Part shown: piece after piece, positions 63,040 to 64,000 of the stretch
Layout: every line of letters begins with the position of its first letter
How positions within the stretch are numbered: position 1 is the stretch's first letter
Assembly: GCA_043228905.1 (NCBI GenBank)
Contig: JBHGNT010000002.1
Location: 620,001 to 684,000 of the forward strand
Source: Azolla caroliniana
Lineage: Eukaryota; Plantae; Polypodiophyta
DNA length: 64,000 nt
Direction: 5' to 3'
Notes under the pieces: model-generated
The model's database searches: none
What the model was told of the DNA's origin: nothing
The model's input: only the letters and a program-made list of their open reading frames with translations
Translations under genes and position numbers: made by a program

Positions 63040-63245
63040 AATACAGCCACAGAAGCTCATCAACAAAGAATAATCACAACTTTCTTCGACCCCGTCACTC
63101 CTACTAATGCTACAAGTCAATCAAGGTCTATACATATGGGCTCCAAGGAGGAGATTGCATAGGAGATACAATAGATAGGGCAATAGCAATTTGTCCTGCA
63201 AGTAGGACCTGGCCTCATGGACCAAGATTTCGCCTCCTAGACCAA
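63040..63245 (+). mobile_element. Fragment of a related LINE ORF2 C-terminal region
   Basis: Homologous to 62497-62690 (AGCCACA.AAGCTC..CAAAGAA.AATCACAACTTTCTT..CCTACTAAT.CTACAAGTCAATCAAGG). Confidence 0.75.
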
Positions 63246-63249
63246 GGCA

Positions 63250-64000
63250 TGGAGAGATAATTAGGGTTGTCACCCTCCAACACTTTAGGAGTGAAACAAA
63301 GAATGCATTATCTCTTGGAGAGAATATTACAAAATTCTTTGAAGATCACTTTGCTATGCAAGATGTTATTGTATATGCCGCACATAGGGTTGGCAAAAAG
63401 CAACTAGAGGGAAAATCATCTCGAACTATTGTTTGTACAATCCTTCATGAACGTAAAAGGGCTATGATTCTAGATAGTAGTACGGTGTACTTAAAAGGGA
63501 GAAGTTTTTTTGTAACGGAGGATAGAACTCCACAAGAGCAAGAACGTAGAAGGAAAGCATATGCATCTACGAAAGCAAATCAAAATGCATAGCAAGCAAC
63601 GACCAATGGGACTATAAGTGCTTCAAGATTGAAACTAATGTTTTGGAATTGTAGAGGATATCCATGGAATAAGGGTTTAGGACTCAATGATGTAGCTCAA
63701 GGTATGGATATTATATTTTTGGCTGAAACATGGGAGCATGAGGCAAAATATATACCTAAAATAGACAGTTACCTCATAAAATTGATATGGTCACACTCCA
63801 AAGGGAATATTGGGTGTGCCAGAATAGCATATATCTACCATGAGAGCTTAGATAATTCTATCAAAGTATACAAATATGATGACTATAAAAGATACATATG
63901 GATAGAGGTTAATTTAGGGAAAGAGAAGCTCTATATAGTTGCATGTTACATTCCTCACAAAGACTCAAACTACTATAGTAGGTTTGGGTTAGATTGTGAC
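63250..64000 (+). mobile_element. LINE 5' region: ORF1 C-terminus and start of the ORF2 AP endonuclease (runs off the window)
   Basis: ORF1-like HRVGKK..SRTIVCT..LKGRSFFVTEDRTPQEQERRR* (ends 63592), then LMFWNCRG..DIIFLAETW..YIVACYIP (endonuclease). Confidence 0.85.

Overview
This is land-plant nuclear DNA, probably a fern, inferred from the PLS-type PPR gene, the TE families and the intron style. Six host genes are supported: TOM1 (+, 10 exons, introns filled with TE remnants), an intronless PLS-E PPR gene (+), an uncharacterised plant protein with a uORF-containing leader (-), a CDPK (-, 8 exons), an intronless canonical PIF1 helicase (+) and the 3' part of an EI24 homologue (-). Between them lie a nested LTR-retrotransposon stack (35.9-47.4 kb), two tRNA-derived SINEs, several AP-endonuclease/RT LINE copies, a solo LTR, Copia remnants and many tandem repeats. 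The main observation concerns three LTR elements with dissimilar LTRs, two of them Gypsy-type by coding sequence (6.1-8.2 kb and 39.5-46.2 kb) and one non-coding (36.0-38.6 kb). None has a polypurine tract. At the PPT position, 2 nt before the 3' LTR, each carries a conserved copy of a tRNA 3' end (GGGTTCGA-N13/14-RTCCCACGGGCGTGCCA), i.e. a second, inverted primer-binding site. This suggests plus-strand synthesis primed by a tRNA or tRNA mimic. Two of these elements also share an uncharacterised coiled-coil ORF at the 3' end of the internal region. All assignments come from reading the sequence and remembered family motifs; no database searches were run.
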